From assembly GCA_034437575.1 (NCBI GenBank), contig DAOTTY010000081.1:31111-95110 (forward strand): a stretch of 64,000 bases of DNA. The letters are read 5' to 3'. The stretch is from Anaerolineae bacterium. Lineage in GTDB: Bacteria; Chloroflexota; Anaerolineae; Aggregatilineales; Phototrophicaceae. Below are positions 28,047 to 37,688 of the stretch, piece by piece (positions within the stretch are counted from its first letter, which is position 1; each line of letters starts with the position of its first letter). The translations under genes and the position numbers were made by a program. Below the pieces are notes generated by a model. That model was not told where the DNA came from. It made no database searches and worked only from the letters and a program-made list of their open reading frames with translations.

Positions 28047-28948
28047 TAGTCTCGCGGGTCTTTCTCAGCTTGCTTGGATTGCTTTTCGGTGTTTTGGAAT
28101 AAGAAGATCATAGCAAGCGCAATACCGCCCAATGCTATAGCTGTAATTGCATAGTTGAAAATGGTACGTGGGTAGCTCACACTCAGGCCCAGGCGCGTAT
28201 TGGCGATGTTGCCGCGTACTGTGATTATGATTCCTGTGATGAGTGAGGCAAGTGTAATCATACCGGGTACGAGGAGTGGTGAGGGTTTCGACAAACGTAT
28301 TTCGGCCAAGCCGTAGGCAACAATCAGGCTCCCCATGATTTGAAGGGCGGTCGTTCCGAATATACGCAGTACGGCGATGTCTGCTGGTGGGGTGGTGTCA
28401 AGTACATAGCGCAGATTCAGCACAGTTGCATAGGCTACCGCAGAAGCAGCGGCGTATGCGATTGCGTCGTAGCGGTTGCGAAATTGGTTGAGCCAAACAG
28501 TATAGCGCAAGACAAGATACTTTAGCGTTTCGGGCACAACACCAAAGGCCAGGGCATAGATCACAATTTTGTTGACCAGCTCCTGTTGATTGCCCCACGA
28601 TTCCACCTCTAAAATCCGGTAGATAAGGGGATAGCCAATTGAATTGGCGGCCATGGCTGTGATGACAAACACGGGTAATAAACGATTGCGCGGAACCTGC
28701 GCCCGTCCCTCCGGCACCCAGGAAAAGATGCACCATAACACACACGGCAGCAGTGCCGAACCCAGCGTGAACCATGGCTCAAGCGGTGCTGGTATAGGTA
28801 AAAATGCAGGTAAATACATGACAACAAGCGTCGTTATGGTAAGCAAAGCAGCTTCAATAATGATGCTGGCCCATACTCTTCGGTATGGGTAGATGTTCGC
28901 CTCCTGTGCAGGAGGGGTAATGAGTTGTGGTTTGACTTGAGATTCCAC
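28046..28948 (-). CDS. Polytopic membrane protein, PrsW-like with apparently substituted catalytic residues
   Basis: 300 aa with roughly 7-8 TM segments. Its layout resembles PrsW, but the positions I align to EExxK, GFxxEN and H read PETLK, AYATVLN and Q. 1 nt stop/start overlap with the next gene. Confidence 0.45.
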   Translation of the reverse strand: MESQVKPQLITPPAQEANIYPYRRVWASIIIEAALLTITTLVVMYLPAFLPIPAPLEPWFTLGSALLPCVLWCIFSWVPEGRAQVPRNRLLPVFVITAMAANSIGYPLIYRILEVESWGNQQELVNKIVIYALAFGVVPETLKYLVLRYTVWLNQFRNRYDAIAYAAASAVAYATVLNLRYVLDTTPPADIAVLRIFGTTALQIMGSLIVAYGLAEIRLSKPSPLLVPGMITLASLITGIIITVRGNIANTRLGLSVSYPRTIFNYAITAIALGGIALAMIFLFQNTEKQSKQAEKDPRD

Positions 28949-29019
28949 GATTAGACGATGTTAACTCTAAAACTGAGATGTTCATGCTATAGGAATTGGG
29001 TGAGTGGGGGAAGTGCAGG

Positions 29020-30621
29020 ATGCAGTTGCATATGAGTCAGTTACTTTACTATATCGGTCTGTTAGCTTTGCTGGGGTGTTCGCCTGTTGGCAGTGGCGAG
29101 CCAGCCTCTAACATAAACCCGGATATGGTCTATACCATGTCACGTGAGCCAGCGACATTTGACCCACATCTAACCGAATCATTGGAGGCGGGGATTGTGT
29201 TGAGGCAGGTGTATGACACGCTGATTTACCGTGACCCCGCAACGCGGGAGTTTGTGCCGGGATTGGCAATGGATTGGTCAATCTCGGAAGATCAGTTGTC
29301 GTACACATTTCGCCTGCGCGATGGTGTCACATTCCATGACGGCACACGCTTTGATGCGAACGCGGTAGCCAGCAATCTTGATCGCATCGTGAACCTTCAG
29401 GGGCGTGCATTTCGGTCTTTAGGGCCTTATCGAGGATACGAAATTGTAGATAGCCACACCATCATCATCAGGCTTGCTGAACCATACAGCCCACTTTTAG
29501 ATGCGCTGAGTCACTTTTACCTGGGTATGGCAAGCCCACTTGCACTGGCCGAATATTCTACGCAGCGCTATCAGTTTTATCAGGTTGGGACGGGACCATA
29601 TCGGTTTAAAGATTTGATTCCGGGTCGTTATGTCATCCTGGAAAAGAACGATACTTATAATTGGCCTCCTACAACCTTCGCGGGGGACTTCGAAAATGCT
29701 CCAGGTCGTGTTGAGTTTCGATTTTTAGATGATGACTCGCGTGCGATAGATGTGGTAACAGAAGGGCAGTCTGCGGTGGTGGAGCAGCTTTCACCAGCGG
29801 GGGCCAGGTCATTGGCGGTGAGTGCAGACATACAGGTGCTGCCAACGGGGATTCCAGGGCAGCCTATTCAGATGCTGATGAATGTTGAGCAGGCACCCAC
29901 AGATGAGCTGCCTGTGCGCCAAGCGCTATTGCACGCTACGAATCGCAGCGAAATTGCAGATGGGGTGTTTGGGGGTTTTTCCCCGGTGGCATGGGGGCCA
30001 CTGAGTGCCAACACGTTGTACTACAGTCAGGAAATGACGGGAATCTACCCATATGATATTGTCGCAGCGGGCGAATTGCTTGAATCGGCTGGCTACACAG
30101 ACGATGACAATGATGGTTTCTTGGAGCGCGAAGGCGAACCACTTGTAATGGAATTGATCGTGCCATCGAATCCAGTCTTTACGCAACTTGTGGAATTGCT
30201 CCGCCGCCAGTGGCAGATTGTTGGGATTGGAATTGAGGTGGATGTGCGTCCAACGGAGAGGGCGATTGCTGAACGAATCACGGAAGGTAATTACAACCTT
30301 GTCGCTCATGGTTCGTTGGGAATTGATCCGCATTTATTGACGGATTACTACACATCATCTGGTTTGCTGAACTGGACAGGATACACAGATGACTCGCTAG
30401 ATGAGGTGCTGCTGCGTGCAAGCCAAGATAATGACCCGATTGTTCGGGCCAGTGCCTATGTGCAGGCACAGCGTTTCATTATGCAGGAAGCACTGGTGCT
30501 GCCACTGGTTGAGGTTGTTCATTTGAATGCGGCAAGAACAACTGTGGGGGGACTGTCGTATGATGCTCAAGGTGTCTATCCGATACTGCCTAATGTCAGG
30601 TTAACTTCTGATGTGGAGTAA
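29020..30621 (+). CDS. ABC transporter substrate-binding protein, family 5 (peptide/nickel type), probable lipoprotein
   Basis: Lipobox-like LALLGCSP near the N-terminus. Family-5 SBP resemblance throughout. Start set at the ATG at 29020 (29032 is also possible). Confidence 0.8.
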   Translation: MQLHMSQLLYYIGLLALLGCSPVGSGEPASNINPDMVYTMSREPATFDPHLTESLEAGIVLRQVYDTLIYRDPATREFVPGLAMDWSISEDQLSYTFRLRDGVTFHDGTRFDANAVASNLDRIVNLQGRAFRSLGPYRGYEIVDSHTIIIRLAEPYSPLLDALSHFYLGMASPLALAEYSTQRYQFYQVGTGPYRFKDLIPGRYVILEKNDTYNWPPTTFAGDFENAPGRVEFRFLDDDSRAIDVVTEGQSAVVEQLSPAGARSLAVSADIQVLPTGIPGQPIQMLMNVEQAPTDELPVRQALLHATNRSEIADGVFGGFSPVAWGPLSANTLYYSQEMTGIYPYDIVAAGELLESAGYTDDDNDGFLEREGEPLVMELIVPSNPVFTQLVELLRRQWQIVGIGIEVDVRPTERAIAERITEGNYNLVAHGSLGIDPHLLTDYYTSSGLLNWTGYTDDSLDEVLLRASQDNDPIVRASAYVQAQRFIMQEALVLPLVEVVHLNAARTTVGGLSYDAQGVYPILPNVRLTSDVE

Positions 30622-31402
30622 ATATCCGAGTGCCTACCTGTAGAGCGTCATCAAGCAAAACATGGGTTAGCAGATCGGGTTGATTGCCGTTGATAATGTG
30701 GATTACTGCGCCGTTCACATCCCTTGCCAGCGATAGCATGTCTTGCACCTTTGTTAGCATCCCTCCGGTAACGTCTATACCGCGTGAGTTGCCGAGTGCG
30801 CTTTTTACCTGTGGATAGGTTTGTGGGGTGATTTGGGGAATCACGGTGCCACTGTCGTCGTAGACCCCGTCAACCTCACCTAGCAGTATAATTCGCTTTA
30901 CGGTCAAGTGATGAGCCAGGTATTTGAAGATCGTTTCGGTGGAGATGATTGTGCCGCCTTTTTGGGTGTCGATTGCAACATCGCCGTGAACAAGCGGCAG
31001 CAGCCCGTTTTTAAGAGCTGTTTGAATGGGTGTAATGGCCATTTCGCGGATTGCGCCATTCTCACAAATAGCTGACGCAGATGGTTGTAATCTCCAGACG
31101 GGTAAACCAGCGTTGTGAAAAGCCGTTGTAACCTTGTGATTGAGTTCAGCGGCGGTGGTGGCAACTTCCGCAAAACCTACCCAGTCATGAGCCGTGCTGA
31201 CGCCGTTAATGGTGTTGTGTCTTTGGGCGGCAAAGTGACCAAATGAGCCGCTCCCATGACCGATTAAAAGCCTCAGTGACGGATTTTGCTGTTTAGCTTC
31301 CACAATTTCCTGGGCGATACGCTCGGTGGTCTGTGCATAGTAGGAGCGCTCGGTGGTCTTGTCTGTGATGAGCGACCCGCCTATTTTTACAAATATCATC
31401 AC
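30596..31402 (-). CDS. Isopentenyl phosphate kinase (amino-acid-kinase fold)
   Basis: FVKIGGSLITDK and GHGSGSFGH motifs, about 265 aa. GTG at 31402 or ATG at 31399, overlapping the mevalonate kinase stop. Confidence 0.8.
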   Translation of the reverse strand: MMIFVKIGGSLITDKTTERSYYAQTTERIAQEIVEAKQQNPSLRLLIGHGSGSFGHFAAQRHNTINGVSTAHDWVGFAEVATTAAELNHKVTTAFHNAGLPVWRLQPSASAICENGAIREMAITPIQTALKNGLLPLVHGDVAIDTQKGGTIISTETIFKYLAHHLTVKRIILLGEVDGVYDDSGTVIPQITPQTYPQVKSALGNSRGIDVTGGMLTKVQDMLSLARDVNGAVIHIINGNQPDLLTHVLLDDALQVGTRIFTPHQKLT

Positions 31403-32352
31403 GAGGTTTGGCTTTCCTGTAGGGTGGTTTGAATGGTACGGGTTGCCCCGGCTTGTAGCAATGCTGACACAACCTGATCGGCGCTTGCTGGGTGAACGAG
31501 AGCAATCACATTACCGCCGCCGCCACCGCCGGAAAGTTTTGCGCCAAGCGCTCCAGCAGCTTTGGCGCTATCTATAAGGGTATCGAGTTGTGATGTAGAA
31601 ACACCCAACTGGCGTAGCAGTGACTGGTTTCGATTCATCAATTTGCCAAGTGTGTCCTGGTCGCCCACTTGAATGGCATCCCTGGCGCTTTTGACTACGC
31701 TAGCGACATCTGCCATAATGCGTTTGGTTGTTTGGGGATCTGCTTCGTATAGTGACTTGACATACGAGACAGTTTTCTTCGTAGAGGAAGGCACACCGGA
31801 GTCTGCGATAATAAAGTTAAATGGTTTACCAGTATAGAGCATGTCAAATGGCTGATGTTGCTGAAAGTACACAGGTTGGCCATACACGATAACCGTATTA
31901 TCGATACCGCTGGGTGTACCATGAAACAGCTTTTCTGTTTGGTAGACGAGGTCATTTATCTTCGCGTAGTCAATTTCCCTATGATAATATTTGAAGAGCA
32001 ACTTAACTATAGCTGTGGAGACAGAGGCACCACTTCCCAATCCACTACCTATAGGCAGTGTAGATTCTAGCATTATATGTATCTTGGGAATCTCAACACC
32101 TAACACCGCCAATGTGTTTAGAACCGTCACCATCAACGGGTGATCTGGCTGGTCAGCCGTAATAGTCTCATTTGTGTCTAAAGCAAAAATGCAAAAATTA
32201 TCTTGTCCCGGTTGTAGACTAGCAGATGATTGTAACTCAAGCACTGGGATAGCAATTGCAGGAGCGCCGTGTACCACAGCATGCTCACCGCACAAGATAA
32301 TTTTCGCCGATGCGTGAGCTGTCAATCTATTCACATCCATATTCGGATTCAT
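31399..32352 (-). CDS. mvk: Mevalonate kinase (GHMP kinase)
   Basis: N-terminus AKIILCGEHAVVHG. GHMP motif LPIGSGLGSGASVSTA. C-terminal KLSGGGGGG. Confidence 0.85.
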   Translation of the reverse strand: MNPNMDVNRLTAHASAKIILCGEHAVVHGAPAIAIPVLELQSSASLQPGQDNFCIFALDTNETITADQPDHPLMVTVLNTLAVLGVEIPKIHIMLESTLPIGSGLGSGASVSTAIVKLLFKYYHREIDYAKINDLVYQTEKLFHGTPSGIDNTVIVYGQPVYFQQHQPFDMLYTGKPFNFIIADSGVPSSTKKTVSYVKSLYEADPQTTKRIMADVASVVKSARDAIQVGDQDTLGKLMNRNQSLLRQLGVSTSQLDTLIDSAKAAGALGAKLSGGGGGGNVIALVHPASADQVVSALLQAGATRTIQTTLQESQTS

Positions 32353-32374
32353 CAGTCAGGTAATCAATCAGCAT

Positions 32375-33361
32375 ATGACAGTTACAACACTTTACGCAAA
32401 AGCACGCGCTTTTTCCAATATCGCTTTTATTAAGTATTGGGGAAATCAGGATAACGATCTGCGTATACCTATGAATTCGTCAATAAGCATGAACTTGGAT
32501 GGACTGTTTACAGAAACATCAGTCTTGTGGTCACCAGATATGACACGGCACACTCTGAACCTTAATGGAACTGAAGCAAGTGGGCATGTACTTGATCGAG
32601 TATCTAACCACCTAGAGGTTATTAAGGAGCGGTACCACATTGAGGGGTTTGCACAGGTTGAATCCGTTAATAACTTCCCAATGGGGGCAGGAATCGCCTC
32701 TTCGGCATCTGCTTTCGCAGCACTCGCGTTAGCAGCGACAAAAGCGGCTAACCAAAACCTGGATGAAAAAGAGCTATCAACAGTAGCCCGTTTGGGGTCT
32801 GGATCAGCAGCACGATCAATTCCTGGCGGATTTGTCATCTGGAAGAGCGGCACCAGTCACGAGACATCCTATGCAGAAACTTTTGCTGAACCAGATCATT
32901 GGAATCTGGTGGACATTGTGGCTATATTAAGTCAGGAACATAAGCCTACTGGTAGCACTCAGGGGCATCGTCTCGCGCCAACGAGTGCATTGCAACTATC
33001 CAGGATTGAAAGCGCTGAAAAACGTTTGCATACCTGCCAGCAAGCTATTTTTAACAAGGACTTCAACACATTTGCACACATTGTCGAGCTTGATAGCAAC
33101 ATGATGCATGCGGTCATGATGACAAGCAATCCGGTATTGATGTACTGGGAACCTACATCCGTAGACATTATGAAGCAAGTACCGCGCTGGCGGCAGGAAG
33201 GCATCAATGTTTGCTACACAATGGATGCTGGCGCTAACGTACACTGCATTTGCCTACAAGCCGATGCACAGCGCGTGCGTGATCGCCTGGATGCGATGGC
33301 CGGCGTACAACACACGTTGCTGGCTCGTCCTGGGGATGCAGCCCACTTAATAGAAAGTTAA
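32375..33361 (+). CDS. Mevalonate diphosphate/phosphate decarboxylase family protein (probably phosphomevalonate decarboxylase, judged from context)
   Basis: NIAFIKYWGN and GAGIASSASAFAALA motifs. The substrate (MVAP versus MVAPP) cannot be read from the sequence by eye. Confidence 0.85.
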   Translation: MTVTTLYAKARAFSNIAFIKYWGNQDNDLRIPMNSSISMNLDGLFTETSVLWSPDMTRHTLNLNGTEASGHVLDRVSNHLEVIKERYHIEGFAQVESVNNFPMGAGIASSASAFAALALAATKAANQNLDEKELSTVARLGSGSAARSIPGGFVIWKSGTSHETSYAETFAEPDHWNLVDIVAILSQEHKPTGSTQGHRLAPTSALQLSRIESAEKRLHTCQQAIFNKDFNTFAHIVELDSNMMHAVMMTSNPVLMYWEPTSVDIMKQVPRWRQEGINVCYTMDAGANVHCICLQADAQRVRDRLDAMAGVQHTLLARPGDAAHLIES

Positions 33362-33457
33362 ATCCGGGCTTGTGTATGCACTTTTCTGACGCGATACCGA
33401 CCACGACGTGTGCTATACTTTGATAGATAAACTCCTACCCCATGAGGTTTCAACTCC

Positions 33458-34900
33458 ATGTCTAATTTGATAGATATTTTGCTTGGCAATGATGGCCTAG
33501 CAGCCTTAGTCGCCTTTGCCCTGGTATTGATCCCGGCTGTCATTATTCACGAGTTGGGCCATCTTTTTGCGGGCAAATCCGTCGGTATCACAATTCTAGA
33601 GTTTGGTATTGGCTTTCCGCCGCGTATTGGCCGTTTGTTTGAGTGGCGTGGCACAGAGTTTACCGTCAATTGGTTACCGTTGGGTGGGTTTGTTCGCCCT
33701 TTGGGTGAAGATATAGTGCGACAGCAAGGGGAAGAGGCTGAGAATTTAGATCGCCAAGAGGCTATAGAACGCGGTTTTACGCAGGTTAAATCGGTAAACG
33801 AAGCAAGGCCCCTACAACGTATCCTGTTTTTATCTGCTGGCGCTATCGCCAATCTTGTGAGTGCCTATCTGATTTTTGTACTCATTGGCACGATGGGTGT
33901 GCCCGGGCAAACACTTGAAGTTGCATCTATTGGTTCCAACTCCATTCTCTATCAGGCAGGCTTGCGCCAGCAGGATGTTATAGAAAAGGTGAACGGTGAG
34001 TTCTTCCTGACATCTGATGATTTCCTGACGGAATGGGCAAATACACCTGCGGGAGAAACAGTTGAAATCATCGCTCGGCGTGGCTCAGAAGGGGAAATTG
34101 TGCCAATAAATGTCCCTGGGGGTGAGTATACCAGTGTTCAAACGCCGGATATTCTTGTCAGAGTATCTGGCATTGCGAGTCAATCTCCGGCAGAAGAAGC
34201 GGGGATGCAACCCGGCGATCTTGTACTGACATTTAACGAGGAGGAGGTCAGCTCTGTACAGGAATTGATTACTCTAACTGGCGAGAATCTTGGCGAATCG
34301 GTTGACTTGAAACTGCTGCGGAATGGTGAGACGGTTGAGTTATCTCTCGTCCCGCGTGAAAACCCACCAGAGGGTGAGGGTTCTATGGGAATCCAGATAG
34401 ACGGTGCTTTTTACGATGAAAGCACGTCCATCGCTTATCAGCCAATTTTCAATCAGGTCATTGTGGAATTGTCTGCACTTCAGGCTGCAAGGTACGGCGT
34501 GGAACGTTTCGCTGATTTATTCAGCACAATTGCCGATATTCCATCACAAATTCGACAAGGTAATATCAGTGCTGCCGACGCCCGCCCTGTCAGTGTTGTG
34601 GGCATTAGCCAGGCAGGCGGCGTTTTCCTACGCGAAAGTATTGAGCAGCAGCGCCCTGTTGTGATCCTGGATTTCATTGCGCTCATCAGCATCGCGTTGG
34701 GCCTCACGAATCTGCTGCCACTTCCAGCGCTAGATGGTGGTCGTATTCTATTTGTTTTAATTGAGATGGTGCGTGGTCGGCCCATCCCGCCAGAGCGCGA
34801 GGGTGTGGTACATTTGCTTGGCTTGATATTTCTTCTTTCCGTGACGGTTGTTGTTGTCATTAATGACATCATCAATCCCATTACCAATCAAATTCCATAA
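33458..34900 (+). CDS. rseP: Site-2 (RIP) zinc metalloprotease, M50 family
   Basis: HELGH zinc motif, internal PDZ region, NLLPLPALDGG motif. 480 aa. Confidence 0.9.
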   Translation: MSNLIDILLGNDGLAALVAFALVLIPAVIIHELGHLFAGKSVGITILEFGIGFPPRIGRLFEWRGTEFTVNWLPLGGFVRPLGEDIVRQQGEEAENLDRQEAIERGFTQVKSVNEARPLQRILFLSAGAIANLVSAYLIFVLIGTMGVPGQTLEVASIGSNSILYQAGLRQQDVIEKVNGEFFLTSDDFLTEWANTPAGETVEIIARRGSEGEIVPINVPGGEYTSVQTPDILVRVSGIASQSPAEEAGMQPGDLVLTFNEEEVSSVQELITLTGENLGESVDLKLLRNGETVELSLVPRENPPEGEGSMGIQIDGAFYDESTSIAYQPIFNQVIVELSALQAARYGVERFADLFSTIADIPSQIRQGNISAADARPVSVVGISQAGGVFLRESIEQQRPVVILDFIALISIALGLTNLLPLPALDGGRILFVLIEMVRGRPIPPEREGVVHLLGLIFLLSVTVVVVINDIINPITNQIP

Positions 34901-34917
34901 GCATAAGGTGGCAACCT

Positions 34918-35907
34918 ATGACCAATGACTTTGAACATGAGATCAGAGAATTAGAAACTAGCAAAGTCAGCCTCCTGGAGGCACTCAACGTGCTTTATGA
35001 GGCACCAAATAGCAAAAGTAGTACAGTATCTTACGGGCTGTCTGGTGTGGTTGCCGCCGAAGACCTTCAAGCATTCAGGAAATTTTGGCGTAGCATAACT
35101 ACAGAAGCGCGTTATCAGTTGCTAAGACATTTGGTAGACGTAAGTGAAGCCAATGTCGAATTGCAATATGCCTCCATTGGGTTCATTGCGCTGGAGGATG
35201 AGGACGTATATGTACGTGCGGCAGCGCTAGACCTGCTGTGGGAAAATGAATCGTCTGAGTTGCTAGATAAAGTGGTATACATGGCTCAGTGGGATGCAAG
35301 TGATGAAGTTCGTGCTGCCGCACTGTCTGCCCTTGGGCGCTTTATTCTGCTAGGTGAATATGGCAAACTAACCGAGGCCCAACGCACGCTTGCCCAGGAT
35401 ACTGCTATTCAGGTATGGAACAACCATAGTGAGGTGGCATCTGTGCGACGGCGAGCTATGGAAGCCATCGCTAATAGCAGCCACGATGCCGTGCCTGAAA
35501 TCATCGAAGAAGGTTATAGTAGCCACGACTCCCGATTGGTTGTAGGTGCTGTGTATGCTATGGGACGAAGCTATGACTCGGTTTGGGCCGAGAAAGTGCT
35601 GCAAGAAATGGACAACCCTGATCCGGCAATCCGCTATGAGGCGGTGCGTGCCAGCGGTGAATTGGCAATTGAAGAGGCTATCCCATCGCTGGGTCGTTTG
35701 GCTCTCAATGACGACCGAGACATCCAGGAAACAGCGGTTTGGGCAATCGGTGAGATTGGTGGGAAAAGCGCTATTGATTTGTTGGAGTCACTGGCAGAGC
35801 AACTGGCAGATGAGGATGATGACTGGGACGATATTTTTGAAGACGCTATTGGTAATGCAAATTTAGGGGCGGGCATGATTGATGTACCCGACATCCTGGA
35901 CCTGTAA
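34918..35907 (+). CDS. HEAT-repeat protein with an acidic C-terminus
   Basis: Repeated D..VR..A..AL helical units (DVYVRAAALDLL, SDEVRAAALSALG, DPAIRYEAVRASG, DRDIQETAVWAIG). AAGGTGG precedes the ATG. Confidence 0.7.
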   Translation: MTNDFEHEIRELETSKVSLLEALNVLYEAPNSKSSTVSYGLSGVVAAEDLQAFRKFWRSITTEARYQLLRHLVDVSEANVELQYASIGFIALEDEDVYVRAAALDLLWENESSELLDKVVYMAQWDASDEVRAAALSALGRFILLGEYGKLTEAQRTLAQDTAIQVWNNHSEVASVRRRAMEAIANSSHDAVPEIIEEGYSSHDSRLVVGAVYAMGRSYDSVWAEKVLQEMDNPDPAIRYEAVRASGELAIEEAIPSLGRLALNDDRDIQETAVWAIGEIGGKSAIDLLESLAEQLADEDDDWDDIFEDAIGNANLGAGMIDVPDILDL

Positions 35908-35966
35908 TTTTGATTAAGGGTGAAAAGGGGACGCTGCGGGCTATCTGCAACGCCCGTACCGGCGCT

Positions 35967-36296
35967 TTAGAGGTCGAAGATGGCTTGCAATTTCATAGCA
36001 AGGCTCATGTCACCTTTTACACGCAATTTGCCGCTCATAAAAGCCTGCATGGCCTTTGAGCGGCCATACACCATATCAGCAAAGTCGTTTTTAGCCGCGA
36101 TCAAAGTCATCTGCGGTTCGTCTGCCTGCCCCTCGTGAATCTCTAAGGTCTCTCCTTTAACCTCTAGCCAGTATCGGTTCTCATCTCCATCTGTGATATT
36201 GAACTGGATAACGGTATCAAGATTTTGTGCCTTATCTGGCTTGTATTGCTGCCGCATTTTTTCCAGAAGTGACATAATCTCGTTTGTACCTGTCAT
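35967..36296 (-). CDS. SCP2 sterol-carrier-like domain protein
   Basis: 109 aa. The C-terminal GKLRVKGDMSLAMKLQAIF is typical of SCP2 domains. Confidence 0.8.
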   Translation of the reverse strand: MTGTNEIMSLLEKMRQQYKPDKAQNLDTVIQFNITDGDENRYWLEVKGETLEIHEGQADEPQMTLIAAKNDFADMVYGRSKAMQAFMSGKLRVKGDMSLAMKLQAIFDL

Positions 36297-36383
36297 GATA
36301 CTCTCCTTGCATATTAACTTTATGGCGTCTCGCGCAGCAGTATACTTTGAAAATGTAAGTCACCCTATAGAGGAATCAAGATA

Positions 36384-37688
36384 ATGTTAAAGTTGAACAC
36401 AGCGATACGTGGCCAGGTCTTTGCTTTCGTCATCATTTTGCCGTTGCTTTTGGGTACCCATACGGTTCTGGCTCAAGAGGCGCGTGAGCGTGAAAGCACG
36501 ATTGATTTGCAAGGCAGCATAGCGATCATCGGTAATGATCGCAATGTTTACCTGTTCGGCCCAGCAAACGTGGAAGCAATACAGATTACGGATGACGCAG
36601 AAGCTACCGAGGATGGCTATCGTCTTTATACATGGCCGACATGGTCTACGGATGGGCGTTTGGCCTACTTTTCTATGTCGCTGGCAGATGGGGCCACAGT
36701 TACAACACAGGCTTACGTTGCCTCCGAAAATGATGGTGATCTTATTTACACTGGAGAGGGTAACGTATTCAATTACGCATCCTGGGCACCGGAAAACTGC
36801 GATTCAGAATCTGAATGCCGTGTTCTGTCTATCCTCATGAATAGCGCTGGTGGTGGCTTGTTCGTAGAAAATATTCGCGATCAGGTTGAGGGAAACCCGA
36901 ATACGACGATTGGGCGCGGTGGACCATTTTATTATAGTTGGAGTCCAGATGGGCAGCAGATGATTTGGCAACGCAACAACAATCGCCTCGATATTTACGA
37001 GGTGGGGACAGATGATGCAACGACGCAACTTGACCAGCAACCCGGCGTGTTTCAAGCGCCCCATTGGTCCCCAGTAGATGATAGACTCCTGTTTGGTAAA
37101 CTCAACCTAGATACGCGCACGACCGACCTTGTTGTTGTTTCTGGCGATGATGAAACAGCATTGGCCACTGACCTTGATGGCATTCTGTACTTCGCTTGGT
37201 CACCAGATGGAGAGAAAGTTGCCTATGTGGACGGCGGTGGCCCACTGACGGTAGTTGACGCACAAACAGGCGAACTAATCTCAGAAACACTGGTTGGTGG
37301 TGTCGCATCGTTCTTCTGGTCGCCGGATAGCTCAAAACTTGCGTATATCACATTAGCCACCCCCGCCGACTCGTCAACAGCCCAGGCGAATATGCTCATT
37401 AACTATCAACAGCAGTCCTCACAGATCGCATGGTCTGTGTTAGATGTGCAAACGGGTGACATCAACCGATATGGAGGCTTTACACCGACGCGGGATATGG
37501 TTTATATGTTTACGTACTTTGACCAGTTTAGCCGCAGCCACCAAATCTGGTCACCCGATAGTCGCTATATCGTGTACAGTGAAGTGCTGGATGATACCCC
37601 AACGATCAATATTCTCGATACTCGGTTGGATTCAACGGTGCCTGTGTTCATTTCTGAGGGCACGCTGGGCATTTGGAGCTTCAATTAG
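36384..37688 (+). CDS. Secreted TolB-like beta-propeller protein (PD40/WD40-like repeats)
   Basis: Signal peptide. Recurring WSPDG-type motifs (YSWSPDGQQ, HWSPVDDR, FAWSPDGEK, FFWSPDSSK, QIWSPDSRY). Confidence 0.75.
   Translation: MLKLNTAIRGQVFAFVIILPLLLGTHTVLAQEARERESTIDLQGSIAIIGNDRNVYLFGPANVEAIQITDDAEATEDGYRLYTWPTWSTDGRLAYFSMSLADGATVTTQAYVASENDGDLIYTGEGNVFNYASWAPENCDSESECRVLSILMNSAGGGLFVENIRDQVEGNPNTTIGRGGPFYYSWSPDGQQMIWQRNNNRLDIYEVGTDDATTQLDQQPGVFQAPHWSPVDDRLLFGKLNLDTRTTDLVVVSGDDETALATDLDGILYFAWSPDGEKVAYVDGGGPLTVVDAQTGELISETLVGGVASFFWSPDSSKLAYITLATPADSSTAQANMLINYQQQSSQIAWSVLDVQTGDINRYGGFTPTRDMVYMFTYFDQFSRSHQIWSPDSRYIVYSEVLDDTPTINILDTRLDSTVPVFISEGTLGIWSFN

Noticed and set aside
37444-37590. 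Upstream 49-codon extension of the M23 peptidase ORF offered by the ORF track.
   Set aside because: It overlaps the well-supported TolB-like gene by up to 245 nt in another frame and adds a non-signal, Cys/Arg-rich N-terminus. A shorter gene is more plausible (see the start-codon finding).
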